Origin: the human T2T-CHM13v2.0 reference genome, Homo sapiens | Strand: one strand, 5' to 3' | Length of the DNA: 64,000 nucleotides | NCBI RefSeq assembly: GCF_009914755.1 | Contig: NC_060947.1 | Shown: positions 1 to 13,725 of the stretch, one piece after another | Layout of the letters: each line of letters begins with the position of its first letter | How positions within the stretch are numbered: the stretch's first letter is position 1 | Notes under the pieces: model-generated | Told to the model about the DNA's origin: nothing | Seen by the model: the letters and a program-made list of their open reading frames with translations, nothing else | Databases searched by the model: none | Program-made: the position numbers and the translations under genes

Positions 1-1303
<1,303 letters not shown>

Positions 1304-1366
1304 TATGATGTTAGCTGGTTATTTTGCTCGTTAGTTGATGCAGTTTCTTCCTAGTCTGGATGATCT

Positions 1367-2380
1367 TTACATTTTGGCATGATTTTGCAGTGGCTGGTAC
1401 CAGTTGTTCCTTTCCATGTTTAGTGCTTCCTTCAGGAGCTCTTTTAGGGCAGGGCTGGTGGTGACAAAATCTCTCAGCCTTTGCTTGTCTGTAAAGGATT
1501 TTATTTCTCCTTCACTTATGAAGCTTAGTTTGGCTGGATATGAAATTCTGGGTTGAAAATTCTTTTCTTTAAGAATGTTGAATATTGGCCCCCACTCTCT
1601 TCTGGCTTATAGAGTTTCTGCTGAGAGATCCACTGTTAGTCTGATGGGCTTCCCTTTGTGGGCAACCCGACCTTTCTCTCTGGCTGCCCTTAACATTTTT
1701 TCCTTCATTTCAACTTTGGTGAATCTGACAATTATGTGTCTTGGAGTTTATCTTCTCGAGGAGTATCTTTGTAGCGTTTTCTGTATTTCCTGAATCTGAA
1801 CATTGGCCTGCCTTGCTAGATTGGGGAAGTTCTCCTGGATAATATCCTGCAGAGTGTTTTCCAACTTGGTTCCATTCTCCCCGTCACTTTCAGATACACC
1901 AATCAGACGTAGATTTGGTCTTTTCACATAGTCCCATATTTCTTGGAGGCTTTGCTCATTTCTTTTTATTCTTTTTTCTCTAAACTTCTCTTCTCTCTTC
2001 ATTTCATTCATTTTATCTTCCATCGCTGATACCCTTTCTTCCAGTTGATCACATCGGCTCTTGAGGCTTCTGCATTCTTCACGTAGTTCTCGAGCCTTGG
2101 TTTTCAGCTCCATCAGCTCCTTTAAGCACTTCTCTGTATTGGTTATTCTAGTTATATATTCAAAATTTTTTTCAAAGTTTTCAACTTCTTTGCCTTTGGT
2201 TTGAATGTCCTCCCATAGCTCGGAGAAATTTGATCATCTGAAGCCTTCTTCTCTCAGCTCGTCAAAGTCATTCTCTGTCCAGCTTTGTTCCGTTGCTGGT
2301 GAGGAATTGCGTTCCTTTGGAGGAGGAGAGGTGCTCTGCTTTTTAGAGTTCCCAGTTTTCCTGTTCTGTTTTTTCCCCAT
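1367..2380 (-). pseudogene. L1 ORF1 (RNA-binding coiled-coil/RRM protein), disabled
   Basis: ATGGGGAAAA at 2380 to TAA at 1367-1369 (1014 bp, with a 3-bp in-frame deletion near 2160). Premature TGA at 2234-2236 (CGA>TGA) and TAA at 1748-1750. Peptide EIWDYVKRPNLRLIGV is typical ORF1p. Confidence 0.95.
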
Positions 2381-3286
2381 CTTTGTGGTTTTATATACTT
2401 TTGATCTTTGATGATGGTGATGTACAGATGGGTTTTTGGTGTGGATGTCCTTTCTGTTTGTTAGTTTTCCTTCTAACAGACCGGACCCTCAGCTGCAGGT
2501 CTGTTGGAATACCCTGCCGTGTGAGGTGTCACTGTGCCCCTGCTGGGGGGTGCCTCCCAGTTAGGGTGCTCAGGGTTCAGGGGTCAGGGACCCACTTGAG
2601 GAGGCAGTCTGCCGGTTCTCAGATCTCCAGCTGCGTGCTGGGAGAACCACTGCTCTCTTCAAAGCTGTCAGACAGGGACATTTAAGTCTGCAGAGGTTAC
2701 TGCTGTCTTTTTGTTTGTCTGTGCCCTGCCCCCAGAGGTGGAGCCTACAGAGGCAGGCAGGCCTCCTTGTGCTGTGGTGGGCTCTGCCCAGTTCGAGCTT
2801 CATGGCTGCTTTGTTTACCTAATCAAGCCTAGGCAATGGCGGGCGCCCCTCCCCCAGCCTCGCTGCCGCCTTGCAGTTTGATCTCAGACTGCTGTGCCAG
2901 CAGTCAGCGAGACTCCGTGGGGTAGGACCCTCCATGCCAGTTGTGGGATTTAATCTCGTGGTGCGCCGTTTTTTAAGCTCGTCGGAAAAGCGCGGTATTC
3001 GGGTGGGAGTGACCCGATTTTCCAGGTGCCCTCCGTCACCCCTTTCTTTGACTCGGAAAGGGAACTCCCTGACCCCTTGCGCTTCCCCAGTGAGGCAATG
3101 CCTCACCCTGCTTCGGCTCGCGCATGGTGCGCGCACCCACTGACCTGCGCCCACTGTCTGGCACTCCCTAGTGAGATGAACCCGGTACCTCAGATGGAAA
3201 TGCAGAAATCACCATCTTCTGCGTTGCTCACGCTGACAGCTGTAGACCAGAGCTGTTCCTATTCGGCCATCTTGGCTCCTCCCCCC
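2381..3286 (-). promoter_or_regulatory. L1 5'UTR internal sense promoter and antisense promoter, CpG-rich, YY1 site intact
   Basis: YY1 motif CAAGATGGCC at 3265-3274 (minus strand). Many CpGs retained at 2830-3270. Antisense-strand donor CCG|GTACCT has its GT at 3185-3186. Confidence 0.85.
2836..3052 (+). pseudogene. L1 ORF0 (antisense ORF), frameshifted
   Basis: ATG at 2836 gives MAGAPPPASLPPCSLISDCCASSQRDSVG then TAG at 2923-2925. The remainder (GVGPS...VVRRFLS...RVGVTRFSRC) is in another frame (track ORF 2871..3143), consistent with a 1-bp deletion near 2921. Confidence 0.85.
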
Positions 3287-3885
3287 AAAATTGCTTTCTT
3301 TTTATTAAGAGAAAATATCATCTATACAGCATGGAATTACAAAAAGCCTTAAGAAAATGCTGTGTAAATGAACAGCCAAAGTACCTTCCTGCAATCTAGA
3401 CCGTGGGATCCCATATTTAAACTTATGCCTGTGCAACAAAATATTAGACAAAACAATACCAGAGGGAGAATGGTGGTGAACAGTTTTTAAACCTATGTAG
3501 AGTAAATATTTGTGGTAGTGTTTTCCTTTACACAGCATATGCAGTAGAATGACAATATAAAGGAAGTAGAACCCCATTTGTCAGGGGAGTAGGAAGGCCT
3601 GATTTTTATCAGCATGCTTCTATTGGCTACGTCTAAGTTAGCCTTTTTATAGAGCCACTGCATCTCATCCTTCCTTTTTACTTTTGTTCAAAGTCGAGTC
3701 TCCCAGCTCTTTGAGCTCTTCCTCAGTCACTCTAATTTCTGCTTTGATAGTAGATCCTAGACTTCTTTTACCTCTTTCCATTTTATTCAGTCCCTAAGTG
3801 TCATTCGCACATCCTCTGTGCTTCACCTAACTACAACTTGGCCAAAGCTGTTGCTACTAATTTCAGTTTACTTAGAATTAGTTCA

Positions 3886-4145
3886 ATTGTTCAATTCCCA
3901 CTTATGAGTGAGAACACATGGACACAAGGAGAACAAGGAGAAAACATGGACACAGGGAGGGGAACATCACCCATGGGGCCTGTTGGGGGATGAGGGGCGA
4001 GAGGAGGGATAACATTAGGTGAAACACCTAATGTAGATGACAGGTCGATGGGTGCAGCAAACCACCATGGCACGTGTATACCTATGTAACAAACCTGCAT
4101 GTTCTGCACATGTATGTCAGAACTTAAAGTTTAATAATAAAAAAA
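3886..4145 (+). mobile_element. Short 5'-truncated L1PA (L1PA7/8-like) 3' end with a ~30-bp 5' inversion
   Basis: 3'UTR GATGGGTGCAGCAAACCACCATGGCACGTGTATACCTATGTAACAAACC followed by an A-tail. 3886-3915 is the reverse complement of the adjacent upstream L1 sequence. Confidence 0.9.
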
Positions 4146-5199
4146 GAATTCAATTTTCTTAAAGAGCTGATCAATTTGTGCGGAGATGTATAAAATCTGA
4201 TTTTGAACTAAAGAAACTTACCTTACATCCTGATTAGATCTTTAATGTCATAAAAATGTAAACTGTACAGTGAAGGGGCCCTTAGCACACAATTGTTTAA
4301 AATCCACTACCCGTTGTGTACTTTTGTCCCTTCCTTTTCTAGTTGTTCCTTCAAGATATGGACTGGAGCCCATGAATGACACTAAAATGTGGCTCACCTA
4401 CTCATCCTGCTGATTAAAAAAATAAACAGGAAACACATCACTTCTGGTGAATGTCATGACCAGGATGTTAGATAAAAACACCCTTAGGGGCCTTAACAAT
4501 TTGTGGCCAGAATGACCTTTGTTTTTGCAGTTGTTTTTCAGTCTGCAAGGGGCCTTTCCATTTCCTCTTAGAAGGTATGAACACTGACCACAGCATTTTG
4601 AGGCCCAGGCTGTGCGGCTTAACTCTCTTGCATACAAGAACAAGGAAGAGAATAAACAGTTCCGTTTCCTGGGTAATCTTACCTTCCTCTTTCCTAATGT
4701 TGTTTTAGGATTTTTATCTTTGCACTTTTATTCCTTGAATTTTATGATGGGGATTGTCATATTCTCTGACTTTTCATGGATTTTATTAGAAATCACTTGT
4801 ATCATCAGGCTTCTTGGATCTACCACTTTGGATTTGGTGCCCTTTTTGCTGCTCTTGGTAAGAGCTTTGTCTGCCATTTTCACATTCTTGATTATTTATG
4901 CTGCTTTGAATGTCCGTTTGAGAAAGTAATCAGATTTTTTTCCCTCTGAGAAAGCAGGGGAATGATCTTTTGCATCACTTTGCATAAAATTAACATGTTG
5001 ATTTTCTATAAACCCATAGGTTCAGGTTAATTTACATAAACCTGGCATTCAGGAAGCTCAACCTTTACATTGTCAAGGAAAATGAAATAAATCAGGACAG
5101 CTGAAATTAAGTATATTCAAGCCATCAGAAAATGGGGTGGGCAAAGAGGCGCTATGGGGTAGAAAATTTCATAGTTCCTTATAGTTACACTCACAAAAT

Positions 5200-5432
5200 C
5201 TTAATGTGTTAAGGGACCAGACAGGTTTTTCAATCCAGCCTTTTCCCAGTGTAGGAATCCCATTGAGAGCACACCATGCAAGTGATGGTCCAGCTGACAG
5301 TTACACTTGCAAAACAAAGTGCCTAGTAAAGCAGACTCTTTACTTTGGAATGCCTTTAATTGTTAGGAAACTAAAATCTGTTCTTTTGTGAACTCCTATT
5401 AATGGGTCTTAGCTCTGCCTCCTGGAATCAAT
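5200..5432 (-). mobile_element. Ancient CR1/L3 LINE fragment (probably resumes at ~5820-5920)
   Basis: Degenerate match to the recalled L3 tract AAATCTGCCTCCCTGTAACTTCCACCCATTGGTCCTAGTTCTGCCCTCTGGA. Confidence 0.5.
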
Positions 5433-5438
5433 CTAATC

Positions 5439-5590
5439 CAGTGGTTCTTAATTTGGAATCCCTGGACAAGGCTTAAATGAGTCCACAACCCCCCTGAAAC
5501 TGTATGCAAAATTGTATGTGTGGGCATGTGTGAGTGTATGCATGTATCGATAGCTTTCATAAAATTTTCAAAGGGACATATGATCCTCAA
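5439..5590. mobile_element. hAT-Charlie MITE (MER103C-like)
   Basis: CAGTGGTTCTTAA terminus, then CCCCCTGAAACTGTATGCAAAATTGTATGTG...ATAGCTTTCATAAAATTTTCAAAGGG. Confidence 0.65.
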
Positions 5591-5591
5591 T

Positions 5592-5770
5592 CAGGGATAA
5601 CTTTATAAGCATACAATTTGTGCAGCTGCACTAAGCCCCACACTTAAAAGGAATTTGTACTTGGATTAATGCTTTTCTGTTGCCATCCTGAAATTCTTAA
5701 TAATTTTTAAACATAGAGCCCGAATTTTCATTTTGCTCTGGGCCCTGCAGATTATAGGGGAACTACCCCC
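5592..5770 (+). mobile_element. hAT-Tip100 MITE (MER91A-like) nested in the preceding MITE
   Basis: CAGGG terminus, then TGAAATTCTTAATAATTTTTAAAC...TTTTCATTTTGCTCTGGGCCCTGCAGATTAT. Confidence 0.7.
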
Positions 5771-6669
5771 AAAGACATGAAGTTATTAAAAAAAAACACT
5801 AAAATTTCTATAAAATGAATCATTGGATAGTTCTACTTTCAGGAGGCCTGTACCATCCTTCTGTTTACCTTCTGACCTTCTTGTGTTTCCAAACATTATC
5901 TTCTTGATTTAGAATGAAATGAGGGCAGTCTACTTCCTCTTTAAATTCTTTCCAATTTCTTCCCTGCCCTATATGAAAGATTCTTAACTTGGAATATTAA
6001 CTTGGATTCATAACTTGGAATCCATGCCCATTATTTTATTTTACAACTTATCTAATTTATCTATATAGTATTTCAAACTTTGAAACCAATTTAACACAAC
6101 AACTGTATTGTGTCTGAAGAAAATTAACCATTTTTATTAACACTGGGACAGTTCTTATCTTTTTATCCTTGGGTATCTGAAATTAGAGCACAGCGAGTTC
6201 TGTCAGAGCAAAAAATATACTTTTAAAGCAAATCATTCAGATGTATCCAATTCAATTTTACTAACTTCTGTCTTGCTTCATATGAAAGCTTTTAAATTGA
6301 TCTCTTTCTTTGATTGATCAGGGTCTTTCCCCCTCACATATAATACTCTCAATAAATTTAATACACTGAAATGTATATTCTCATACCAAATAATTCACTT
6401 AATTTATAACATCAAATACAGAAAAACTTAATTTAAAATTTTAATTGCATATTTTATGTCAGCATGTTATTAAAACGAAGTTCATAACACATTAGTAATT
6501 TTATTGGAGAAGTACAAGTTCCCCTGAGGGTCAATAGGTAAATGTGTTATTACTCTTTGGTGACCTTGGACTCTGCTGTGGGAAGAATGCAAATCATAGC
6601 CACTCTGAACAACGTGAGAAAGAGAAAGAAAATAAGCTCTAGGACGAAAGTTTAAAAGTACTGCAATTA

Positions 6670-6905
6670 TTTTTCCTTGGAATAAAGAAGTCTAAGGATA
6701 ACCTGAAACAAATGAGGTATTTTTGATGAAGAAGAGTTGTCTTCTATATTCAAGAGAAATAGATGATTTGAGATTTAGGTTGACATTTGAAGAAATTTTC
6801 TTTTAAACTAATAGAATCATGTCCTGTGTAGGTTAGAGACTTACTTACCTAAGGCAAAGGCTTCAGCCAGATGATATCTTGAGGTTCCTTCAAATTCTAA
6901 GTTTC
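6670..6905 (+). mobile_element. CR1/L3 3'-end fragment
   Basis: Ends in CAGATGATATCTTGAGGTTCCTTCAAATTCTAAG, similar to the L3/MIR3 3' terminus. Confidence 0.45.
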
Positions 6906-7769
6906 CACCCTTGGGCTTAAAATTCCACTTCTGTGATACACCAAGGCTGGCATGGACTCTTTTGCTGATTTGCCTTTCATCTTGGACTCTTCATTTTCAT
7001 TCTTAATTATGTGTTGAACACATGTCCCTCCTGGGGAAGAATGAGTTTGGAAGTAATGAAGTTAATTTGTTGAATGGCTAGAATGACCACCCATAAATAT
7101 CTAAGTGAGGATTGTCTCTTTCACCTTCATCATCTGGGAGGCCAAAACTGAAATATAGTTATTTCAATTTTGTTGTCATTACTCAAATGTTTTTGCATCT
7201 ATTATTTGAGAACTCCCTTCAGAACCCATGGCATAATCTGGGTAACTCCAGTTTGGACCTAACCTTTGAGTGTGATTTGCTTCTTTAAGATAGCCAACAA
7301 CAACAAAATAACCAACATACATTTGCACCCATATCTTACTAAGTAGGTCAGTGTGGTAATATATTTTCTGTGAAAATCATGTTATAACTGTAAGGTAATA
7401 GAGGGTTTCTTTGGCTTGCAAACAAATTGGATATGAAGGCACAATTAGGACAGAAATTTCAAAAAATTACAATAGATCCTAAAACTGTGCTAGTTGGTAG
7501 ACTATATGGCTGGTGACTAACATAGGTGACTGCTTTGTTAACTAAAGGAAAATATTCATCCCAAATTTAAAAATCAAAATAGTCTCATTATATCATACAT
7601 ATACAGCCAATCAACAGAATAGAATCAGAGAATAATGGAATATTAGCTTTTGAAATCTCTTGGAGATCATTTTGTCTAATGTCTTCACCTCCACCTCTGT
7701 GATTCTCACATTCGTGTTTCAGCTGAAGTTTCATTCTGGGAAGACTGTCAGTGGACTCCCAAGAATAGC

Positions 7770-7845
7770 TTAGATTCCTTAGTGCCTGAGTCAGGGCCTA
7801 ATAAATAATAGCTACTCAATAAATATTCATTGAATGAATGAGTAT
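7770..7845 (+). mobile_element. L2 3' end
   Basis: CTCAATAAATATTCATTGAATGAATGA terminus. Confidence 0.65.
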
Positions 7846-8409
7846 ATGAACATATTTAGAGGTTTGGAAGAAGCTAGAAGAAGCTGGAAGTTACAGTGTC
7901 TTGAAGTTATTATCATAAATGTTAATAATTATTCAAAACAGCTAGGGGAGAAGAAGTAATCCGGTTGTATGAGCATTCTGATTGTTGCAATTCTAGTTAA
8001 ATGAGATTTTTCTATAAACATATATGTAAAGATTGTCCTATCTCCTCAGATATTAAAAAGGGTTTTATTTTTTTAAGGCTATGTTTGGAATTTGAACCAA
8101 ATTCGAATGTGACTGCTTCTTGCTCTTATAACTGCTAATTGCCAAGCACTGTATAGAATCGTTTGGCCTGACATTGCTTCTGAAAGGAGCTAACCATGCT
8201 CTGGTAAGAAGGGACCGGATCTATGGAAAAGAAATGCTCTGCTGTATACCTAGCTTTCACCTGATATACACTTCACTTCTTGGGATGTACACTTGCTGTA
8301 TACTGCCCTACTGCACAATCTTCCTCACTTTTCTCCCTGCCTGGCATAGTTGTACCCATAGAACAGAGACCTGATCTACTTCAGCCACATGTAAAGAATC
8401 CATATGGAT

Positions 8410-8540
8410 CAAGTGCTGGATGAAGATTCTGTACACCTTGATTCTAGTCCTGGGAATATCACTCTATCTATAGCACTGTGGTTAAGTACTTTCTGAGCCT
8501 TAGCATTCTCATGAAAAAAATAATGAGGGGTTTGGGCTTC
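8410..8540 (+). mobile_element. MIR SINE fragment
   Basis: Core-like TTCTGAGCCTTAGCATTCTCATGAAAAAAATAATGAGGGG. Confidence 0.55.
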
Positions 8541-10783
8541 ATCCAAATTGTTCTCAAATTGTCTTCTGTGCATTCCTAGGGGTTCATTGGAGGCACTTCT
8601 GGGGCTAATACAGAGGTCAGAGAAAGAAGCAGAATGACGGGGACTTTGGGCTCACCCACTCCACTTCAACCACAGCAGCTTCACTTTTGTTTGATATGCT
8701 TCTGTGAAATATTTTGTTTGAAAACCATATGCACTGACATGGTGAGAGTGCATAATAGATATAATTTAGTCATTCAGGTAGGTGAAATGATTCCACCGAC
8801 TGTTTCATGATCCAATATTATGGCTTTTTGTGTTGCTGATTGAACTGAATGATCATGCAACAATCTGATCAATTGCTGTAAGCAGCTATCTTCTTGGCCA
8901 CCTGGCTGCATCTATTCATGTCAACTCAGCAGTAGCTTTAGATTAAAGATGTGAAAATTATGAGCCCAGGAATAGAAGAGTCTGGCTTTCCTTCTCATGG
9001 AGATTGAGGTGGGGGTATGTGAATAGTTCTGGGCAGGACTATATGGAGTTCTATTAATAGACCCTCCACCTCACCTACTTTTCCTTCCCTAGACCTGGAG
9101 CTGGACTTTCTATAAATGATTGCCTGCTTATATACTAAAAGCTAAATTGATCCAAGTAAGAGTCACACCCAGGGTACATTTTATCATTTTATTATCTCTC
9201 ATCCTTTCAAACTCAATCGATTGTTTACTATAAGAAGCACGATTAGTGCTCCTAATAGGCTGACAGGAAGACATAAAGTACCCTAGAGATGGACCAGAAA
9301 AGGGGGAAATACATTTGGTCTGAAATATGAGTTTTATTTTCAGGTATCCACTGATCTGTGGTTCAAAGTGTGATGATTTCTCAATGGGAATGACCTGATT
9401 TTTTTCTTGGATTTTGTTACTATTTAGCATTGATTGTGTGTAGCATTTTCCATTTACCTAATGGCTAGAGGTCATGCAACCAGTCACCACTCTCATTCCA
9501 GCGTCACAGATGAGGAGCCAGAAACCCAAGGAGAAACTAGTAAGTTGGCTCTAGCTCATATGCTAAATTGATGCAGAGGTGCAGGGAACCAACATCAATT
9601 TTCTAAAACCCCTAATGTACATCTCCTTACTGGTTCCAATCTCCTCCTGCAGGGACACCATACAGTACAAATAAACCCTTCCACTAAGCTAGTTGGAGGC
9701 CTTGATTATAAAATGTCAGAGTGGGGCTTGTGCCTTGCCCTGATCTTTAGGGTCATCTGAAGAGCTTGCGCTGTGGCTTGACCTTATGGGAATAAAGCAG
9801 CAAATGCTTTAGGCTTCTTGTTGAAAACCTGCAGGAGAAGATGATTGGCAGTACAATTGTTGTGACATTGTTCATTTATGAAGCATCAGAAGTGGGTGTG
9901 TAGGCATGGCAGAGACACTCACCAAAAATTATTTGGTTTTGCTGGAATAAAGTGCATCTTGGATTGCTTATAGGAGGATTGTATTCAGGGTTCGTTTGAC
10001 AATCTAACTTCCACACTCTGATTTGCCCAAAAAGCTGTGGCAGCACTGTGTTTGGAGTTATGGATTATCAGTTTTGTCAGCCAAGATAGCTTCTGTTTTC
10101 CTCTTCAACTCAAGGGTCAGCATTCTTTGCTCAAAAATATTTAAATCCATTTTAAAGTGAGCAGAATGAGGGAGCAGAAGGAAGGCAAATTGAGACAGAG
10201 ACAGGAAGGGAGTGGGTAGATTATACGTAGAGTTAATAGTTGCTATGTGAAATTCAAGCTTCTAGGTTTATTTGTTCAATAAATATAAATTAAACACTCA
10301 CTTGTTTGCCAGATGCATGCAAGAGGTAAAAGATTATTACCTTTTGATTCTCTTAACTGACAGAAACAGTAACCTTGAAAGTCCACTCAGGCATTACCCC
10401 TATCCTCTTCTTTCAAGACTTCCATGACTAATTGAGCAGTAGGAAATTGTTCCTGTTCCATTTCAACTTAATTGTGAAAATTTGTTCTCTTCTTGCTGTA
10501 AGATATGCTTTTATCTATTTGCACCTGCTCAATATACATGCATTATTTCTGTGTAATGTGGGTACCTGTTCGGCCAAGTTAGATAACTAAGAAAGAGGTA
10601 ATTGAGGGGGCCTTGCTCTGGAGCTGTACCTACTTAGATTTAAATCTGATATATGCAATAGGTGACTACCTATGAAACCCTGAGCACATTGCTGAATCAT
10701 CAGTACTTCTTCTCTACAGTGAAGTTATCTACTGGGCAAGAGTCACTGTAAGAACTAGAGAAAACATGTAGAAAGAATAACCT

Positions 10784-11182
<399 letters not shown>

Positions 11183-12062
11183 TCAATAGATGGCAGTTGT
11201 TTTGTTGTTGTCATATTCTTTAGATCAACATTTCCTTAGTTACCGTAAACAAAATCAGAATGTGAGAGTAGTCCCAAAGAGGGGTCTTTAGTTCTGCTTT
11301 TCTGGTCAGAGAGAACATTTTGTGTATTTAAGTTTAAAGGGTACCACCAGACAGTAGGTTTTATTATTTCTCTTATTTCACTTTTCCACTTTTCCATAAC
11401 TAGCAGTCATCTGTAGTTTTCTTTAGTGCTTAAGGTGTTATGAAATATTCATATCATTTTATGAAAGGCTATTTACACAGAGGAACCAGATGTAACCGAG
11501 TGTACATACAAATACTGGCCTTATTTTTCACGCTTGGTAAGTAGCGCATAACTTGAAAGCTAAGAGAAGATACTTTTTGTTTTGGCACCAATAATTCCAG
11601 AAGAAGGGCATCCTATTAAAAAAATCTATTGATCTAAGAGGGACTAGAAATTTGGCTGAATATTTTAGAAATTGTTTGTTTGCCCTGAGCTTCAAAAACT
11701 CATGGCTTAGAGTTTCCTGGGAAGGGTAGAATCACTGAATAGATAGGGTCCAGCTAGCTAAGTTTCCTGGTCAGCCCCTGAAGAAAGTTTCATTGCATAA
11801 AAAGCGTAGATTTGTCTTCAAAGTTTTCCCCAACACTTTATCTCTGAGGTTTTCTCTATTCATCTTGAGAATAAAGCCCTGTTGGTGAACATAAATACAC
11901 TCCCAGAGTTGCTTATCAGGCAAGACAGAATTGAGCAGTTGGGCCTGAACTCTCCCACCGTTTAAACCAACGTTCTCAAGGAGTTGTTAGAGCAATTTAT
12001 GCTTCCCACATCTGTTCCTAGATGTTATGACTTGTTTATGGAAGCAATGTAAATACCAATTC

Positions 12063-12290
12063 TAACAACAGCTACAACTAATACTCAATGTTTACTCCAT
12101 GCCAGATCCTGTGCTGAGCACTTGACATGTAAGACTTCCTTCAGTGCTTGCAACAACCGTACAATAGGTGCTACACGAAACAGAAGATTCTATGGTCAAA
12201 AAAAGCTCTAGAGCAGTGGGTAGAAAAAGTTGAAGGTGTTTCTCTACTATAGGATTTACCAAGGACTTGGAGTGTGCAGCTTTTCCAAGT
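12063..12290 (-). mobile_element. MIR fragment
   Basis: GTTTACTCCATGCCAGATCCTGTGCTGAGCACTTGACATG...CAACAACC. Confidence 0.6.
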
Positions 12291-12319
12291 GTATTGGAGC
12301 ATGGAGGCATTTTTTCTCC

Positions 12320-12742
12320 TGTCTTAGTCCATTTGTATGGCTATAAAGGAATAACTGAGGCTGGGTAATTTATAAAGAAAAAGAAGTTTATTTGGCTCAG
12401 GGTTCTGGAGGGCGTTCAGGAAGCATGGTGCCAACATCTGCTTCTGGTGAGGACATCAGGCAGCTTCCAGTCATGGCAGAAGGTGAATGGGAGTTGGCAC
12501 GTGCACATCACACAGCCAGAGAGGAGAAAGGAGTGGGGGGAGGTGCCAGGCTCTTTTTTAACAATCAGTTCTTGTGGGAACTAATAGAGTGAGAACTCAC
12601 TGATTACCTCAAGGATGGCACCAAGCCATTTACGAGGAATCTGCCCTCATGATCTAAACACCTCCCACCAGGCCCCACCTTTGACACTGGAGATCAAATT
12701 TCAACATGAGATTTGGTGGGGACAAATATCCAAACTATATCA
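12320..12742 (-). mobile_element. MaLR solo LTR (MSTB-like)
   Basis: TG...CA termini (TGTCTTAGTCCATTTG...CCAAACTATATCA). Typical MST internal motifs (CAAATTTCAACATGAGATTTGG). Confidence 0.88.
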
Positions 12743-12959
12743 TTCCCCAAGGGCCATCTGGAGAGATGGAACACCATTTGGGACATGCTATCCTATGAGT
12801 TTCTTATGGAACCCATGCTTATTAACTTTGGAAATTGGATCAAATTTCAAAAATTTCTGTCTTTGCCCTGGCCTTATCTTGTCCTTAAATAACCCATACT
12901 ACCTAATCTTAAAACAACTTATAAGTTTATATATGTGTCCTGGAGAACTGGATCTATGT

Positions 12960-13725
12960 TGCTTATCTACCAAGTCCAAGCCACCATCATCCCTCAGCTA
13001 GACTATTACAGTCACCTCATACTCATTTTCCTGCTTCCATTCTTATCTTCTTGTAAACTCCTATCTATGCTGCAGCCAGGTTCGTTCTAAATAACAAAGA
13101 AACAACAAAAAACCAAAACTGTGCCACACTACTATTTTGCGGCAAACCTTTGAAGACTTACCATCACATTCAGGATTTGAACACTGTACCATCACCTACA
13201 CAACTATGCATGACCTGAACCATGCCCATCTCTCCCCGCCAGGCTCCTGCTGCTGTAGCCAAACTGTCAGTTCTTCTAGTGTTTCAGACTAATTCCTGCT
13301 CGAGGCATATTCTAATTCCCTCTGTCTGAAATATTCTGTCACCCGTCTTTCTATTCCTACTCGTCCTTTGTTTCTTTGCTTAAATGCTGTTTTCTCAGAG
13401 AGGTTGTCACTAACCACCCCCAAAATTAGGTGTACCCAGTTTTTGTGTTCAATAAAGTTAAAGGGATTTTTTTTACAGTAGGACTTATCAGGGCCTTTGA
13501 TATGTTAACATGTATTATGAATTTCAAGAGGGACATGGAGTATCCTGCTTTTTTTTCCTTCAGATCACTTATCACAATGTTTATTTGTTTAATGGCTATC
13601 TCCCCACTAGACTCTGGGTTCTATGAGGGCAGAAATCATGCCTCTCTACTGATCCTACACCCCCAACGCTTAATGCAGTACCTGGCACATGGTAGGGGAT
13701 AAGTGTATGTTTGTTGAATGAATGA
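12960..13725 (+). mobile_element. L2 3' portion, interrupted by a hAT-like fragment at ~13430-13560
   Basis: CCAAGCCACCATCATC...CTATGAGGGCAGAAATCATG...CCTGGCACATGGTAGG...TTGTTGAATGAATGA. Confidence 0.75.

Noticed and set aside
4815-4877. RPS3A processed pseudogene
   Set aside because: About 37/48 nt similarity to the recalled RPS3A 5' CDS, but it is lysine/A-rich, does not extend, and has no poly(A) or TSD. Kept only as a note on the candidate exon.
9370-9399. C/D box snoRNA (GTGATGA...CTGA)
   Set aside because: The boxes span only 30 nt and there is no terminal stem.
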